DNA of 63,847 bases, the filler included, from Hyphochytrium catenoides (lineage: Eukaryota > Protista > Hyphochytriomycota): the NCBI GenBank assembly GCA_900088475.1. It is 6 parts of 6 records of this genome, joined end to end, with 100 filler letters (N's around TTAATTAATTAA, not from the genome) between each part and the next. Parts side by side here need not be neighbours in the genome. Positions count along the whole stretch, not along the records: positions 50,563 to 63,847 come from FLMG01002452.1; 5 more parts are not named here. One strand, 5' to 3'. A program made the translations under genes and the position numbers. Of the stretch, positions 60,859 through 63,847 are shown in pieces. How positions within the stretch are numbered: position 1 is the stretch's first letter; each line of letters starts with the position of its first letter. Under the pieces are notes generated by a model. That model was not told the DNA's origin and ran no database searches. It saw only the letters and a program-made list of their open reading frames with translations.

Positions 60859-60894
<36 letters not shown>

Positions 60895-61639
60895 AGAATA
60901 ACTGGCGCTACCGGACAACAACCTTGGCGCCCTATAAACGTTATTTCTTCCTTCTTTCTTCCCTGTTCCTCCTCCCCTTCTGTTCTTCTTATCCTTCTTC
61001 CTCCCAGAGTTGATGGAAGAGAGACGCAGATGTTCCCTCGGTCAATTTTTTATCTTCCTTTTCTCTCTCTCTCTCTATGTCTGTCTCTGTCTGTCTCTCT
61101 CTCTCTCTCTGTCTCTCTCTCTTCTTCGTCTCTGTCAGTCTCTGTCTGTCTCTCTTCATCCCTCTCTCGCTTCTCTTTGTCTCTCTTTCTGTTTCTGCTT
61201 CTTCTCCCACTTGTGGTTCCAGGGATTAAGGAAGAAGAGAGACGCAGATAATCCCTTCTCGGTTCCTTTTCAAGTTCTTGGTCTATCTCTCTCTCTCTCT
61301 TTTCGTCTCTTTCTCCTTCTTCTCTCACCCTCTCTCCCCTTGTTCTTCCATTTTAAGGTGAAAGAAAACATCATGACCAGCCGCTTCATCGTGTCATGGG
61401 AAAGAGGAGAGAAAAGAGAGAGAGAGAGAGAGACGAAGACTGACAATGAGATAAGAGAAAGGAAAGAGAGAAAGATCTTTCTGCTGTTCAGAAGACAGAA
61501 AGAAAGAGAGAAGAAGATCCACAATGGAGTATCAGAACATAAGGCAAGCATGTCAGGCACAAGAAAGAAAGATGCGATGATGAAGAATAAACGCCAGCAG
61601 TTCTGACCACTTTGATTGATATTGACAACTACTTCCTCG

Positions 61640-61670
<31 letters not shown>

Positions 61671-62579
61671 NNNNNNNNNNNNNNNNNNNNNNNNNCTCTC
61701 TCTCTCTCTTCTTCCGTTTGAATAGAAGGGCGCATCTTCTGTTATCTGACGACGTTATTCGGCCTCTGACTCAGCGATCCTGTCTCCATCCCGTTGGCAC
61801 CCAATCCAAGACATAAGAGAGAGAAAGGCCAGAGAAAAGGAGAGAAGAGAAAGAGAGAGAAAGAGGATTCAACGTCAACAGAGCAGCGCCGTCTCTGGCC
61901 CCATTCCCTTGCTGCGAGCCCCCAAGTAGTAGGCAAAAAGGACCTTCTTCCGACAGTAGAAAGGATGAGAGGAAAGAGAGAAGCAAGAGAGAGAAAAGAG
62001 AGAGAGAGAGATTGTTTCTTACTCTTCTATTTTTCTGTCTTCCGCCGAGGGGCTTTACTTTCTGTTCCATCCATTTCTGAACGCTCAAATATCCTCGTTG
62101 GGGCTTCTTCTGACTCAGCGACCCAAGAACTTTCTGGGTCAAAAGAGGGAAGGAGGAGGCCAGCACTTCTATTCCCTCTCTCCCTTTTTTCTCTTCCTCT
62201 CTCTCTCTCTCTTCATCTCTCTAGGTTCTTCTCTCTCTTTCTCTCTCGTCTTTCTCCTCTTCTACGATGGATCAGCTCGTCTTCGTCCACCTGACCGCAG
62301 TTCTGCTACGACTACGAGTGATCTCCTGGAGGAGTCTTCCTTTGCCTTGGTCTCTCTCTTCTTTCTCTCTCTCTCTCTCTTTCTCTCTCTTCTTTTGCTC
62401 TTTCTCTCTCTTTTTGCTTTCCTTCCGTTTTGTCTGGTTGTTGAAAAGGCAATCCTCCTGCTCTCTAACCACATTCTCTGTGGGTCGCACCACATTCCTC
62501 CCTTCACTGCTTGGAAAGAGGAGAACAGACAAAGACAGCCACCAAGCCCGCAGCCTACATACTGCCTTGGTAACTCTCA

Positions 62580-62633
<54 letters not shown>

Positions 62634-62865
62634 TCTCTCTTCTCTCTCTCTCTCTCCGCCTCTTCCCTCACCCTCTCTTTTCTCAAGAACGTTGTTCCTT
62701 GCTCCTCCTTCCTCTCTTTCTGCTACAGTACACCAGCATCTCTTTGGCTTCTCTTCTTTCATCAGAAGTAGTTGATAATCAGGTGGGAAACAGTGAGTGC
62801 AAAGAGAAGAAATGAGAGAGGAGAGAGAGAGAGAGAAAGAGAGAGAGAGAAAGAGAGAGAGAGAA

Positions 62866-62913
<48 letters not shown>

Positions 62914-63248
62914 GGACAGTGCAGCAAAAAAATATTTCCCACCTTGAAAGCGTGTCCACGGCCCACCCACCTTCGCGACTGTTCATGCCAACCTAAGGAT
63001 TAACCGCTAATACCCTTAAAGCTATTAAAGGCTGAGCATATTATTCTGATCCTACGCCGCTGTCCCCCCTGTAGATCGATGGGTGTTGTAATCTTGGCGC
63101 CTCAGTTTCTGAGTTCTGCGACCCCTCAGGCCCGCAGGAGAGAGGAGGAGAGAGAGAGGGGAGAGAGAGAGAGAGAGAGAGTAAAAGAGAGAGAGAGAAA
63201 GTGCCAGGGAGAGGGACGGGAAGAGAGAGAAAGTAAGAGAAAGAGAGG

Positions 63249-63281
<33 letters not shown>

Positions 63282-63659
63282 GAGAGAGAGAAGATGGGGT
63301 CAAGCGGGTGAGGGACGGTTGGACTGATTGTCTCTCTCTGCCCGCCTCTGTCCCTCTCTCTCTTTCCTTATCCTTCTATCTCCCTCTCTCTCACAAGCCC
63401 ATTTTGCCATTTTATTTATTAGTAAGACACACCTCGGGCCAGTCCTCGTTCTCTCTCCTTCCTTCTCTCTGTCTCTCTCTTCTCTCTTTCTTAGCCCTCT
63501 CCAAAGGGAAGCTTCCTCTCCCGCCCCATCCACTTCTTGGCTCTTCTTAGATCAGCCGCCACATTTGCTCTTCAGCTTGTCAGGGCATGGAACGGACAGT
63601 GTAGGAGCTATATCTTTGCGCCTCTCCAGCTCTCTCTCTCTCTCTCTCTGTCCTCCTTT

Positions 63660-63692
<33 letters not shown>

Positions 63693-63847
63693 TTCTCCCA
63701 ATTTTGTTTGCTCTCTTCACTTCATGCCTTTCATCTACTTCTCTCTCTTGGCTCTGTTTCTCATCACGTCCTTTTTTTACTAGTACTGCCTCTCTCCTTT
63801 GTCTCTCTCTCTCTCTCTCTTCGTTCTCTCTCTCTCTCTCTCTCTCT

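Larger units (their letters stand above)
50563..63847. repeat. Very dense (GA)n/(CT)n microsatellite and degenerate polypurine/polypyrimidine DNA (also in 1-15147 and 39742-48160)
   Basis: Visible throughout. Most internal N gaps abut these tracts. Confidence 0.97.

Noticed and set aside
62930-63140. Unique-sequence island as a possible ncRNA
   Set aside because: No tRNA, snRNA or snoRNA motif was recognised; an Rfam/Infernal scan would be needed.
1100-63847. Hundreds of ORFs rich in SLSLSL or RERERE
   Set aside because: They are translations of (CT)n/(GA)n tracts, which lack stop codons, and they lie in introns or intergenic DNA.

Overview
This is eukaryotic, intron-rich genomic DNA, probably from a stramenopile-like protist (inference from the gene set). 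It is not one continuous locus. Five identical 100-nt artificial spacers (44 N + TTAATTAATTAA + 44 N) join six pieces: 1-15147, 15248-39641, 39742-41652, 41753-48160, 48261-50462 and 50563-63847. Most ORFs in the supplied track are noise from (GA)n/(CT)n microsatellites. Reading GT-AG introns by hand gives about 17 gene models: a LicD-family phosphotransferase, an intronless ankyrin-like protein, a Cys-rich type I membrane protein, a lipocalin, a sigma-like GST, a degenerate Hsp110-like NBD fused to a clamp-type TPR domain, a NEET/CDGSH 2Fe-2S protein, a large 4TM-ankyrin-TIR-TIR protein, a secreted Cys-rich protein, a TP53I11-like 4TM protein, an EFM7/NNT1-like methyltransferase, an RNI-like LRR protein, a small single-TM protein, a class 3 lipase, a myristoylation-motif armadillo protein, a CHY zinc finger, and some fragments. 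The best candidate for an under-described system is the 4TM-ANK-TIR-TIR receptor-like protein, whose first TIR keeps the catalytic Glu while the second has Gln there. Also notable are the Hsp110-TPR pseudo-ATPase co-chaperone and introns with 5' (GA)n and 3' (CT)n arms that could fold back on themselves. No tRNA, rRNA, CRISPR array or intact transposon was recognised. Family assignments rest on motif recognition only; no searches were run.
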